Assembly (NCBI GenBank): GCA_963693365.1
Contig: CAVNZM010000014.1
Coordinates: forward strand, 4,650,001-4,714,000
Reading direction: 5' to 3'
Origin: Amoebidium appalachense
Taxonomy: Eukaryota > Protista > Ichthyosporea
Length of the DNA: 64,000 nucleotides
The position numbers and the translations under genes were made by a program. A model generated the notes under the pieces. The model did not search any database. It worked only from the letters and a program-made list of their open reading frames with translations, and was not told the DNA's origin. Shown here piece after piece: positions 37,219-63,108 of the stretch. Within the stretch, counting starts at the first letter, position 1, and every line of letters starts with the position of its first letter.

Positions 37219-38457
37219 CGCAAGGCGCTAATAACTCCGTAAGCGAATCAAATGATTTGCTTATTGGTACAAAAGCTAAAATGTCGGTGGTGATTGGTGC
37301 TTGTGCAAAAGTGGTTTTTTGCCCTACTTTGATTAAGCGGTGCACGTGACCGTCCACCTGCACGTTGAAAAAGACGATTTTTAGTTATCATTTCACCAAG
37401 TCTTTCAATGCATACACTGTGCCTTCATGTGTCACCCATAAACATTATTCATTAGTATTAGTCGTTACAGTAGCATTAATGATGTTTTAGTTATTTTTAA
37501 CTGTTCTTTTGCCACAATTTCTGTTGATGTAGAATCCAGTGGTCCGAGTAATCTGTGCCCGATTGTTAAGTTAGCGCCGAAAAGTCCTCATATTCAGCTA
37601 GCCTTAATTTTGTGGCCAAGGTTTGCGCATGCCAAAGAACAAATAAAAAATCTGAACTCTAAACATAGCTTTCATGAATAATTTTGGCTTATAATTCCTC
37701 CCCACCTCCCCCCCCCCCCCCCCCCCCCCCCCCTCCCCCCCCCCCCCCCTCCCCTCTCCCTCCCCCCCTCCCCCCCTCCCCCCTCTCCTCCCCCCCTCCC
37801 CCCCCCCCCCCCCCTCCCCCCTCCCCGGCCCTCCTCCCCCCACCCCCCCCCCCCCAATCCCCCCACCCCCCTCGCCGCTCTCACTCTTACAGCGTTCATA
37901 CTGTCCACTGGCTGTCCATGAGCAGACTCTTTTCAGTGTAACACCCCCCCCCCCCCCTCCCCTGGAAAACCACACCTTACCCTATGCACGTTTTGTCTTC
38001 TCAACGTTTAACCACACCCAACCTACCCCCCCCCCCCCTCCCCTTTCCCCCGAGGCTTCTCCTCCCTGCCCCTCACCCCACTCCCCGGGTTTGCGGCTAA
38101 CAAGGGACTTAACCGAATCAAGTCTGTGCAGAATCCCCCCCCCTCCACCCCCCACCCCCCCACCCACCCACCCACCCCCCCCCCCCCCCCCCCCCCCTTT
38201 TTTTTGGAATGGTTTAAACTTCAAATGGCATATCTTTCCCACGAAGCACCACAAAATACAAACCTAATGTTGAGCCACTGTACTCCCCCCCCCCCCCTCC
38301 CCCCCCCCCCCCCCCCCACCCTCCCCCTCCCCTTCCCCCTTCCCCCCATCGTCAGCAAATTCGGGGAGGATACGGCATCAATTTGTGGCAACCACCTCTC
38401 TACCTTCAACTTCCCCCTGAATGCCTGGCACTTGCACTCACACCCATTGCTTCCCTC

Positions 38458-38488
<31 letters not shown>

Positions 38489-38489
38489 A

Positions 38490-38525
<36 letters not shown>

Positions 38526-39030
38526 GAAAAAAGAATGAGATTAAAAATAATGATAATAGAAAAACCTGCGCGAGCACACCTTACACACCTTGCACCTTGC
38601 CACAATGATTCCACACGACTTCATTTTATCGGACTGTGTTTTGCACACTTGTCACTCGTACTGTTTTTTTGCTAAACACGTGTTTTTTGGTTTCAGCTCA
38701 GTATGATCATCAGAGCAATTTGGCAACTTGGGGATAGAATGTTTACAGACAGCCCAGGACGACATTTTATCGATAGCCCAAATGTGTATGTTGTTTGTTG
38801 CCATTGCCGCGTATCTGCCGGGCTGGGAGGATGGGGGTGTGCTGGGGGGGGGAGGGGGTAGGGGGGGGGGGGGGGGGGGGCAGGCATTGTCAGCCAGCAG
38901 CATGCAAGAGGGACTGGGAGGCCCAGGTTCTTCCATGAGTTTAGCCAGTGCCGTTTTGCACAGAACCCAGGTGCATATATGGGGGCCGGGCGGGGGGAGG
39001 GGGTGGTGGTGGTGGTGGTGGTGGTGGTGG

Positions 39031-39077
<47 letters not shown>

Positions 39078-39916
39078 CTGAATGGGTGAGGGTTGAGGGG
39101 GGTGGGGAGGGTTGAGGGGGGGGGGGGGGGGAGGGGGGGGGGGGGGGAGGGGGGGGGGAGATAATCATTGTCAGTATATCCCCACAGCATCATAATATCT
39201 GGCACATGATATCCAATGTCAGGGGTTGCCTGCAATGCCATATCAAACGCTCATCTATATGGCATAATGTTGTAGTACAAACCAACAAGGTTATCGTTTA
39301 AAGATAATTTGATGAAGAGGGCGTGACAAATTTTTTGAAGGTCCCCGGTTTTGCTTTTCCGGGCGTCTAACATAGTGGAACAGTTAAAAAATGATCCTGG
39401 GGTGACTCGATGAATCATTATGACGATCATTATACCATAGATTTTCAGATTTTAAGGTTGGGAAGGGGCTAGAAGGGGAGAGCAGCTGGTGGAACAGTTT
39501 GGGTTGAACGGGGAAGAAGGAGATTCACTGTCGCACCTGCAGCCATTGGGGAATTCCGAGTGGCACTGCGCACTTTTCCCCTTTGTTTTCTTTGTCACGG
39601 TGTGTATGCGTCACGGGAGGCCCATACTAGTGTGTGTGTGCCACCCGGGGGCGGGGGGGGGGGGGTGGGTGGGTGGGTGGGTGGGTGGGGGGGGGGGGGG
39701 GGGGGGGGAGGGGGGTGAGGAAAGGGGGGAGGGAGGGAGGGGGAAGGTAAAGCAATAACTTTACGACATAAAAGGTGACTCGCTGAGTCTGTCATGTGTC
39801 ATCGTACCCCTTTGACAGTGCACGTGACGAGTGGGCTCACGACGGAATGAGCACGGGCACGTGTGCACACGTTTCACAAACCGCACCCGACCAGCGTATT
39901 CACTGGAGGGCCCGAA

Positions 39917-39947
<31 letters not shown>

Positions 39948-41341
39948 GGGGGGAGGGAAGGGGGAAAGGGGAAGGGCGGGACGGGGCGGGAGAAGGGGGG
40001 GAGACTACGTCCCGTGTTCCCGCGGTGGGATGGATTTTTGCCAGGACCTTAGATTAATCAGACTGCAGCAATAATAAAGAGTCAAAAATTCTTTCTTTCT
40101 TTCTCTTCTTGTCTCTAATAGTACGAAGACCTAAGAGGGAAGTGAAGGTGGCCCGGGGGGAGATTGGGAAGTCAGCATGTACGAGTTAATCCATCTCTTC
40201 TCCCTCACTTTTATTTGGCAAGGGGAAAGGGAGGGAGGGACTCCTTTTTGGGGGGTGGGGAGAGGGGGAGAGGGGGCATGGTGGGGAGCAGGGGGGGGGG
40301 GGGGGGGGAGCTCGGACGTCGGTGCACGAATGACTACGAATGTGAATATAGAGTTTAATGCTTTAAGAGCAGAATAATAACGGCCCACCATGTAGGTACA
40401 AGTAGCACGGACACAAAATGATGGTTGGCAACCGAATGTCATGATTGTGCACATCATATGTAAACACACCTCCTTTCGACATTATTGTAACAGTTGTGCC
40501 AAAGCTTTAAGGCCTTCAGGTATGTGAACGCTTGCACATTCTACACACGTGCATCAGGCATGCCATTTTTTAATTAATAGATCAATCCAATCCCCCCCCC
40601 CCCCCCCCCCCCCCTCCCCCCCCGGGCGGCGGCGGCTCACAACCAAAACCACCACACATAACACAACCAATCCACCCATCCACCCAGGATTTATTATTTC
40701 TCACCTGAGTACATTGTCATGCCTTTGGCGCTAGTAAACCCAAAAACCCAAACGAACAAAACCAAGTAGACAGACACAACAAGCAAACAATCATGACAGA
40801 AAAAGACCCACCCACAACAACAGTCGGTCTCTCTGCTTTGGCACACAGCATTCAAAATATTTTCGCGCCCCGATGGGGGGCTTATCATCATTCTATTCAA
40901 GCAATTGAGCCGACTTATACCCACCCCCCCCCCCCCCCCCAAAAAAAAAAAAAAAAAAAAAAAAACACACAAAAAAAAAAACACCTTGCTGCTCCATACA
41001 AAAAGAAAATAAAACAAGAAAAAAAAGAACATGACAACATCCCGTTAGCAAGAACTATCGGTCATCGGATACGGACAAGAGGAATAGGTCATACCTGAAA
41101 GCAAAACCAAAAAAAGAAAGGGAGGGTTCGAACTACGCACTTGAAGGCGTGCTAGTCTGCACGACACACACCAGACGTGTTTCTCTACGTGTGTGCATGT
41201 CGTCGTACGGTTGGACAAAAGCATCCAGAAATTCAACATCATAAACAAGGAACATCATCGGGACTACAAAAGACAAAGACAAAAGTTAAACATAAAAATG
41301 AAACAAATGATTCGTTTGTGATTCTTGCGTGCCTTTCTTTT

Positions 41342-52890
<11,549 letters not shown>

Positions 52891-54791
52891 GATTTCTTGC
52901 TTGTATCTCCTTAATTAAGTGTTCAAGTCGTCCAAAGGTGTGATTGGGTCCACAGGGACAAAAACATAGAAAAAGAGACGCTGTTGGGTCTCTAATAAAA
53001 CTCACACCGAATATGTGTGTAACCTAAAGACTCTTGGTGCTACTGGAAGCATCTTATGAAAACATAGTTAATCTAGTTATCTTTGCTTGAATTCTTTTTG
53101 AAAATCGTTTGACACACTCGCCATTAAACGGCAAACGCAACATGTACAAGCAACTGAGCCAGGGAAAGATTATGTCCTGGGTGATAGCTGATATTTCCAA
53201 ATTGCTAATGGCGGGATATAATTATTGGTGATGTTCTTGAACCGTCAAATTTTAACCGTCTGCTTCATGTGGCAACGCTACATCGACACCAAAGGACAAT
53301 ATTGCTTATAGGGCTTTTTTTTAAAATTTAAGTGATAAAAAAAAAAGAAATAAGGCTTTTTCTTTAACAAAAAAGAAAGGGGCCCGAACGGCTGTGAGCT
53401 AATTGATGTATTGGCATACACACATCTCGACACAGTTTATTTTATGGCTGTTATCTGTTAGGCCAATAGGAAAGTTTTTGGATAGGGAGTGAGATTGATG
53501 GTTCTTATTTGACCAACCGTAAAGCTCTCTGGTTAGCTTTATTTGGCTTATCAGCATGATCAGTCCTGCTGGGCGTGTGCCACTCTTAGCACGCAGAGCC
53601 TCAGGCAGCGGCCGCAGGCCCGTAGCAGCAGTGACTATTTGGCGGACACAAACTGCGAGCATACTTTTTCATAAATTCTAAGAGCTGTACATGTCCAGCC
53701 ACTTGAATAATATGGAAATGAGTTAATTCCCTCAGAAGAGGGCTAAATTAGGGGCAAAATTAAACTCCTATCATATGCTCCACTGCATTTTCCGTGGCCG
53801 CGGCATGATCATGAGCAGTCTGGCCACCGCAATGCTGATGACAGGCCATGTAAATATTTCCAAACTGCCCAAAACAAATGAATGATATATAGCCATAGAT
53901 TTTGTCTGTAGTTTTGATTGGCTGCATCTGAAGAGTGACAGCGCATAAGCCAATCATACGGCATGTAGATGATGTGCAAGTCGCCAGCACAGCCCAAGTC
54001 ATTCCTCACGGGGGTCAAGGAGGTTGCATTGTCACTGGTGTGAACAGGTGTGCACATCAGCCTGCTAGCTAACAGACAAGGTGTGCAACATATTCTTTGG
54101 GCTTCAAAGTAATGTTTACATTTTTATAGCGTATTTTCTGAAAGACCATGACCGTACATAGTGCAAGACCAGCTTGCTTTAGAAGTCCTACAGCTGAAGC
54201 ACACAGGCATTTCCTCACTCACGTACGTACACCTAAACAAATATTCGCGGGAACTGCCTAGTTGTGAAACGAAAAAGACCAGGTTAATTTTATGACTTCA
54301 TGTAGAGAAGACGACAGTGTAAATGAAACGTCTAGGACAGGTGGCTCACCACTTACGATAAAAGTGGCCGTAGGTTACCAACCAGAATGAAAAAATGCTA
54401 GCGACAAAAGTCTAGGGGGCGGATCCCCCCCCCCAAAGTACCAGACTTTTCCCCCTAAAATCTGTATGCCCAAGGCCATCCGGCACGAATATACATAATG
54501 TAGTATGTGAATCATACATTTCCATACATCGTCCATAACCGCTATGGTCCGGTATGTTAACTTTTTGGAACAGCAACCCCCCCCCCCCCCCCCTTGCCTC
54601 CCCTCCACAAAAACAGGAAACCACAAAACCAACAGCTGAGGGGAGAGAGCAAACATAACAAATAACAAAAATGACCACAGGTGGCCTTACAAGCTCGATG
54701 ACGGTGCGCACCAATGTTCAACCTTCATGAAAAAGCCAGAAATTACGAAGCAGCAAAACCTCTAAACAAGTGATTCAGGAACGCCCACCCA

Positions 54792-56738
54792 CTAGAACCG
54801 TTCGCTGATGCGGCTGGCCACTGTGCGCATGTGCCCATAAACCTTGCCGGGTGGGCTGCCTGCATGTGTGAGTGGAAAGACAATGAGCAAAAGTTCAAAA
54901 ACTTTAAAACAAAAAAGGAAGAAGGCGAGAGGAGGACGGAGACAGACCGAGACTGAGACGGAAAGAGAGAGAAAGGGAGAGGGAGTCAGAGAGAGGGAGA
55001 GGAAGGGAGAGAGAGAGAGGGAGAGAGAGAGAGGGAGGGAGGGAGGGAGGGAGGGGGGAGAGAGGGTGAGGGGGGGGGGGGGGGGGGGAGGGGGGGGGGA
55101 GGGGGGAGGGGGGAGGGGAAGGGGGTTGAAAAGAAACACCGAATCCTTTGGCCTGCCCACAAGAAAGAAGCGCTGACACCATGGGGTCAAAGAGGAAGCT
55201 TGGGATGTGGTGGGAGCATTATATGGGTGGCTATGGTTCGTAAAGAAATACTGCGGTGCGTGCGTGTGGGTATGTGTGTGTGTGGGGGGGAGGATGCGTG
55301 TGTGTGGGGCGGGGGGGGGGGGGGGGTTAATTACCGAGAATAAGATCGCAGATGGCGTCTCTCGCCAACTTGATGTTCTGGAAGGATCCAAGAATGTGGA
55401 TGGTGCTGCACCGCCACGTGGTTAGTGATGCACACAGTGAGAGGAGGGTGTACGATGGGTGGTTAACGGTGTGTGTGTGTCTGTACGTGTATGTACCCAG
55501 GAACCAGAATCCCCGGTTTTGTTTCATGTTCTACTCCTTTCCCCCCTGCTTCTCTACACAAATGGGGGATGAAAAGAGTGCCTCTATGTTATCTGAAAGC
55601 GCTGAAGACTTAAACCACAACAAAAGCAAACGTGAGGGGCTACTTGGCGACAATGAACCAATCTGTCAGACTATGCGCGCGTGTGCGTGAAGAGTGTATG
55701 GGACTGCGCGCACGTGTGCGAACTCGTGTGTATGTGTGTGTGTGCAGATTGTATGGAATTTCACACACGTGTTTGCACCCATGTATGGATGTATGTGTGT
55801 GCGATGTAGCGCCGAGCGTGTGTGTCTCCATGTGCTTCATTGAACACATGCACGAAGAATGGTGCGAGCCGCAGTCGATCCCCTCAAAACCATCACGTTC
55901 CCAAAGTATAAGCGCGCACCAGGGGGAGGGGGGGGGTTTTGAATGCGTCAAAAAGTACGAAGTACACAAGAACAAACGGATAACACGATGCAGAATGCAA
56001 GCCATACATAAAGAGTATGCATAATAAGCAGAGCCCATCCTCAGGGGGGGCCCACGTCATCCACAGTACCCGAGTTTCGACCTATTCCCCTCGTTAACGA
56101 AACCCAACTCAGATACTGTTTCACTTGAACATGAGTAGGTCACCCGTCTTGATCAGAGACGAGCAGGGTTGCTTATGCAGGCAAGGGCAGTGGGAAAGGC
56201 CGGGGGTTAAAGTTGCAGCAGTAAGCAGAAGCAAGAAAAATATAGATAGGAACTCAGGAGACGGGGCTTCTAGGAAGCTCCCCCGTCGATACCTAAGTCG
56301 ATACTTCCCTGGCTAACATACTACACCAGCTGAAAAGAATTAAGTCCCGAAGGCCACAGAATTCGTAATCAGAGGGGAAAATATGAGATTTGACCCACGC
56401 CGCAGGGTAGTAACACGCTTACTAGGGCGGAACTTTATCGTCTTCGAACGGAAAGCTATGCCCCCGGATGTCAGCCGGAAATATGGTATCACCCATTGCT
56501 TTGGGCTTGAAAAAAGCCAAACCGATAGTCCGAGTTATGTTACGCCGGCGGGTAACATGCCGCATGGGTTCCAAGGGAGCTGTCGCCAACAGAGCGGTGT
56601 GTGCATGCGTGCGCGTAACGCAATGTGTGAAGTGTGTCTATAGCTATGAAAGGGGGTATGCAGAAGTGGACAGATGAAGTGTGTGGAGAGAAAAACAGTA
56701 AGAAGAAAAGTAGACACCGGTATGTGCAACCCCGCACA

Positions 56739-56773
<35 letters not shown>

Positions 56774-56869
56774 AATAAGCGAAGATTACAGGTAATCAAC
56801 CAGAACAACAAATGACAAGCAAAACAACAGGCGCCAAAAAAAAAAAAAAAAAAAAAAAAAAAGGAGGAA

Positions 56870-56954
<85 letters not shown>

Positions 56955-57458
56955 GAGAGAGGGGAGAGAGAGAGAGAGAAGGTGGGGGGGGGGGGGGGGG
57001 GGGGGGGAGGGGAGGGGGAGGGGGGTCTTAGGGATGCTGCAGAATCGTCAGATATTAGACAAATCGTACCAATACGATCATTCTCTCATATATGTGAGAA
57101 GAATGTGACTAACGATGTGCAGATCAGGTTAAGACCTGTTGGGTGTGCAGAGAAAATGGGAGGGGAAGGAGGAGGGAAAGGGGGAGGGGGGGGGGGGGGG
57201 GGGGAAGTAAGAGAGGGGAGGGAATGTTAGAGTGTCAGTAGTCTCAGGGGACCCTGCAGAGTCGTTAGATGTCAGACAAAAACGCACCAACGACCAAGTT
57301 CTCCGAGGGGAGAAATGCGTAAAACGTTCTGCAGAGTGGGTTAGAGACCTGCTGATGAGAAGAGTGTATACAGGGTTTGGCCAGGGGGGGGGGGGGGGGG
57401 GAAGGGGGGGGAAAAAGAAGGTAGGAGGGGAAGGGGGGGGGGGGGGAGGGAGAAGGGG

Positions 57459-57521
<63 letters not shown>

Positions 57522-57547
57522 GGGAAGGGAGGGGGAGGGAGGGAGGG

Positions 57548-57582
<35 letters not shown>

Positions 57583-57708
57583 CTGTGGTGGACAGATCAG
57601 AGACGAGACCTCCATTTCAAAACTTACCAGGCAACCCAAAAAACCTAGCCGGCTGAGAAAGAAGAACGGCGGGGGAATTGTTTGGGAAAAGGAGCGGGGG
57701 GAGAGAGA

Positions 57709-57749
<41 letters not shown>

Positions 57750-58040
57750 AGGGGGGGGGGAGAGGGGGAGAGAGGGGAGAGGGAGAGAGAGAGGGAGGGA
57801 GGGAGAGAACGAGAGAGAACGAAAGAGAGCGAGAGAGGGAGACAGAGAGAGAGAGAGGGAGGGAGAGAGAGGGAGAGGGAGAGAGAGAGGGAGAGAGAGA
57901 GGGAGGGGGGGGAGGGGGGGGGGGGGGAGGTGTAGAGAGGGAGAGGGAGAGAGAGAGGGAGAGAGAGAGGGAGGGGGGGGGGAGGGGGGGGGGGGGGGGT
58001 CGGGGGGAAAAGGAGAAGAGTAGAAGACCGTGGTGGTGGT

Positions 58041-58073
<33 letters not shown>

Positions 58074-58667
58074 AGGGGGAGGAGGAGGAGGAAGGGGGGA
58101 AGGGATGGATGGAAGATAAGTGCACTACCTGTCTGCTAGTACGATACGTGTCCTTGTTACGTTTTCAATGGTGAATCGCGTGCGCCCGCCCTTGCCTGCA
58201 ATGCGACCAATGGCGCGTGACAGATGGTCCCCCTTGAGCGGTTTCACTGTTAACCCCCTTCAGTTAGTTAACCCCCCCCTCCCCCCCCCCCCCCCCCCGC
58301 CCAAAAAAAGCACAAACCATAACCAGTAAGTGGGTAAGTTAATGTGGGAACTACCTCCCCCCCCCCTCCCCCTCCCCCGCGGAACTCAAAACCACGCCAA
58401 TTCACCCTCAGTTCTAACCCATTCACCTAGTATACAAACCCCAACTCGTAACTGCTTCGAATGCCCGAATGAATTTAGAGTTCGAAAAGTACGCATTCAC
58501 GACAGGGTATCACAGAATTCCCCCCCCCCCCCCCCCCCCCCAAAAAAAAAGAGTGTAAGCAGAGTGTTTGTGTGTGTGTGTGTGTGTGTATGTGTGTGTG
58601 TGTGTGTGTGTGCAAAATAAACATAAAGAGTGTAAGCAGTGTGTGTGTGTGTGTGTGTTTGGGGCGG

Positions 58668-58711
<44 letters not shown>

Positions 58712-58879
58712 GGGGACGACGTACCATCATTGACGTCGAAAGTTTCAATGTACAAATCGTCCAATCGAAGAATAGCCATAGCATCCTGGAGAGAGACAGG
58801 AAGTGAGTGAGTCTGCACGTGGGAATGTGTGGCCACGTGCACGCACGTGCACCTAAATGAACAGGTACATGTGTGTGTG

Positions 58880-58950
<71 letters not shown>

Positions 58951-59031
58951 CGCGCGGATGTGTGTGTGGGCTCGAGGAGTCTGTACTTGTGTGTCCAAGT
59001 CTGCCTGAGAACAATGCCAACAGAAACGGAC

Positions 59032-59084
<53 letters not shown>

Positions 59085-59241
59085 ATGTTTATGTGTCTGC
59101 AGCACACACTGCCGTTCGCCTGCCTGCACACGCACGTATTCATGTACTTGTTCACTCGCATGAAACCGTCCTATATAAAGCCCAAGAACACCCGTATCGA
59201 TAACGGCCGAAAGCCACCATCTAAACCGGTCAAAGAAGGAA

Positions 59242-59272
<31 letters not shown>

Positions 59273-60549
59273 CTGTTCACAACGAAAGCATATTCGCGCG
59301 GTCTTGCCTGTGTGCACACTTACTCGCAAAACACTACAGGTGTGCTGTGTGCGGCGCTCCGTGCTTGATTTGTACACATGTTGGCATGGAAGTGGGCCCA
59401 AGGGGTAGAGCCGGGGGAAGGGGGGTTTTGAATGCGTCAAAAAGTACGAAGTACACAAGAACAAACGGATAACACGATGCAGAATGCAAGCCATACATAA
59501 AGAGTATGCATAATAAGCAGAGCCCATCCTCAGGGGGGGCCCACGTCATCCACAGTACCCGAGTTTCGACCTATTCCCCTCGTTAACGAAACCCAACTCA
59601 GATACTGTTTCACTTGAACATGAGTAGGTCACCCGTCTTGATCAGAGACGAGCAGGGTTGCTTATGCAGGCAAGGGCAGTGGGAAGGCCGGGGGTTAAAG
59701 TTGCAGCAGTAAGCAGAAGCAACAAAAAAAAAAATAGGAACTCAGGAGACGGGGCTTCTAGGAAGCTCCCCCGTCGATACCTAAGTCGATACTTCCCTGG
59801 CTAACATACTGCACCAGCTGAAAAGAATTATGTCCCGAAGGCCGCAGAATTCGCAATCAGAGGGGAAAATATGAGATTTTACCCACGCCGCAGGGTAGTA
59901 ACACGCTTACTAGGGCGGAACTTTATCGTCTTCGAACGGAAAGCTATGGCCCCGGATGTCAGCCGGAAATATGGTATCACCCATTGCTTTGGGCTTGAAA
60001 AAAGCCAAACCGATAGTCCGAGTTATGTTACGCCGGCGGGTAACATGCCGCATAGGTTCCAAGGGAGCTGTCGCCAACAGAGCGGTGTGTGCATGCGTGC
60101 GCGTAACGCAATGTGTGAAGTGTGTCTATAGCTATGAAAGGGGGTATGTAGAAGTGGACAGATGAAGTGTGTGGAGAGAAAAACAGTAAGAAGAAAAGTA
60201 GACACCAGGGGAAGGGGGGGGGGGGGGGAGGAGGGGGGGAGGGGGACGTAGAACACAAAGTGCATATTCGCGACGCACAGGCTGGTGCAACTATGACAAA
60301 AGTGGGCACGCACTTGAGTATGCACCGGGGGGAGAGGGGGGAAGGGGTGGAGGGGGGGAGAGGGGAGGGGGGGTTGATGTATGCATCAGTACACTGGAAA
60401 CATGGATGAAACACCGGTGGGAAGGAGGGAGAGATAGAGAGGGAGGGAGAGGGGGGGGGGGGGGGGGGGGGGGGGGGAAGGGAGGAGTGTCGCGCAGAGA
60501 ACAACAGCATAACCGGTAAGGAGGAGGGAGAGGGGTGCGGTGAAGGGGG

Positions 60550-60581
<32 letters not shown>

Positions 60582-61653
60582 CCTTACATCCACGTCAAAG
60601 CCAAGCATAAATGCTTTTACAAAGTCGGCAGCCTTTTGCAATGCAGAGCTCTCTGTGGTGTGGGGGGATGTCTGGAGGGATTGAGAGTGAGTAAAAAGTT
60701 TTTTAAAAAAAAAGGACATCTGAGCATTTTTCCTTTACAAGTAAAATGGGATAGAGAAAATGAAGCCACGTGGAATATTGGAGCTCCTCTGGGGTGCTCG
60801 CTGTATGTGTGTGTGTGTGTGTGTTTGTTTGTTTTGTGTTAGGAGTGAGTGAAGAGTGAGCCAGTATGCGTGTGTGAGTAGGAGTGCACGAGTGTACGTG
60901 TGTGGTGATGTGTGTTGAGCGTGAGAGAGGGAGGGACAGAGTGTGTTTTTGTGTGTCAGTGGAAACCTACCCTCACAATGACAATCATTACCTAATTTAT
61001 CCCCCCCCCCCCCCCCCCCTCCTGCGTCTACCCTCATCCCCACACAACCGTTACTCCCCCCCCCACCCCCTTCACTTTCAATCACCACAAGCACACACAC
61101 ACAAAGCTTCCCGAAGGAACGGAACCAACTCCTTCCCACTGGATACAAAGCACACAGACAACCCCCCCCCCCCCCCAAAAAAAAATATCTCCCTCTCCGT
61201 CCCCCCAACCTCCCCCCCCCCCCCCCCCTCCCCCCACCCACACACCTTCCCCCCTTCCCCCCTCCCTTTGACCCCCTCATTATTTGCACACAGATTAGCA
61301 GGCAGACTCACCCTAATGTCGATGGTCTTTGTCTTAAGGTTCATGCGCACTTGCAGCTTCAGATGTGTCACCAGAGGGGTGTATATCTTCATCCAGCTAT
61401 TTTTCAAAGGCGTAAATCGGTGCGCCGGCACCTGAATCTTGCGCATGTGCACCTTGCCGTCCTATATTTTCAAGGAAATTTGGGAGATAGGTGGAGGGGG
61501 GGAGATAGACGAGGCGTGGGTACGTTGATGTGACGAGTGGGGAACGCGAGGTGGGAGAGCAGGGGAGGGGAGGAAAGTGTGGGTGTGTTTGTGTGTGTGA
61601 GGGGATGGGATAGAGGAGGGGGGGGAAGACGGAGGAAGGGTGAAAGATTGGCG

Positions 61654-61691
<38 letters not shown>

Positions 61692-62553
61692 TTTAGGTCT
61701 GAACTTGTTTGGTTAAAGCGGCAACAAAAAAACTGCTCAATGTCAATTCCAGAGACGGGCTCAGCACGATGCTGAGTGTATAGCGTGTATAAGCGTAGTG
61801 TGGGAAAAGTGTCTGTGCTTGTGTGGGTACACCCACACGTGCGCGTGGGGGCACCAATTGTATCCGTGCGATCTGCATGCACTCGGCTGCTTAGCAACCA
61901 CACACGACAAAAGAAAGGCACAAGCAACAAACAACGAGTATGTCCTCTCCATGCAGAGAGAAATCCCCCGCCACTGATTGGTGGGGCTTCCCAAGGAGGA
62001 GAGTGTGGCTCTGTCCTGCTTCCGTCAACAACTGGCGGCACGGCGCCCGCCAGCCGCAAAGTGGCAGGAGGGATAAACAATGCGTGTGTGTGCAAGTAAG
62101 AGAGAGAGAGAGAGAGAGTGTGTGTGTGTGTGTGTGTGTGTGAGGTGCTGTTGGCGCCCACTGTGACGTACGCATGTGCGCTTGCAGGATCTGATAGTGA
62201 GTGACTATGTACTGTGGTTGGTACACTCACACGTGTGCTGTGTGTGTGTGTGTGTGTGTGTGCGCAAGAGCAGGTAACCTACTCAGGTATGCACGCAAGC
62301 GTGTGATCGCGTGCAAAAACGTGCAACTCGGCTCCCCAGCAAGCTGTGGCATACAGATATAACAAACAACCCAAACAACAAACGAAACAGGAAAACTGCC
62401 ACACAACTACAAATATGTCCTCTCCATGCAGAGAGAAATCCCCCGCCACTGATTGGTGGGGCTTCCCAAGGAGGAGAGTGTGGCTCTGTCCTGCTTCCGT
62501 CAACAACTGGCGGCACGGCGCCCACCAGCCGCAAAGTGGCAGGAGGTAAGAAA

Positions 62554-62586
<33 letters not shown>

Positions 62587-63075
62587 TGTACTCGTGCCTG
62601 TGTGTTCGTGCGTGCGAAAGTGAAACTGCAAAATCTTGCACAGTGCGCTGTGATAAAAAGAAAAATGCCGCATTGCCGTTCAAAGGGTGAAAATACATGT
62701 GTACACCGTAAACAAATCCTATCCAAATCATTATAGATGCTACTTCTGTACAAGAACAACGACAAACCGAACAAAAAACCATAAAAAGTAAAACATGTCC
62801 GCTCCATGCAGAGAGAAATCTCCCGCCACTGATTGGCGGGACTTCCCAAGGAGGAGAGTGTGGCTCTGTCCTGCTTCCGTCAACAACTGGTGGCACGGCG
62901 CCCGCCAGCCGCAAAGTGGCAGGAGGTAAAAAAGGTGCGTGGGCGTGTGTGTGTGTATGTGTATGTGTGTGTCGCGCACACGCGCGCGAGGAAGAGTATC
63001 ATTACACCAAGGTGTGTATAATGACGTGTCCGTGAGAGGGTGTATGGGTTAAGGTTTGTAAACTATAGTTGTGCA

Positions 63076-63108
<33 letters not shown>

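Noticed and set aside
38690-39300. Possible coding exons between the 7TM gene and the EEP gene
   Set aside because: No recognisable motif or consistent splice chain.
62019-62028. TTGACGGAAG match to 18S rRNA in the snoRNA-like repeat
   Set aside because: It matches rRNA in the sense direction on the ACA-bearing strand, so it cannot act as a guide; only 10 nt.
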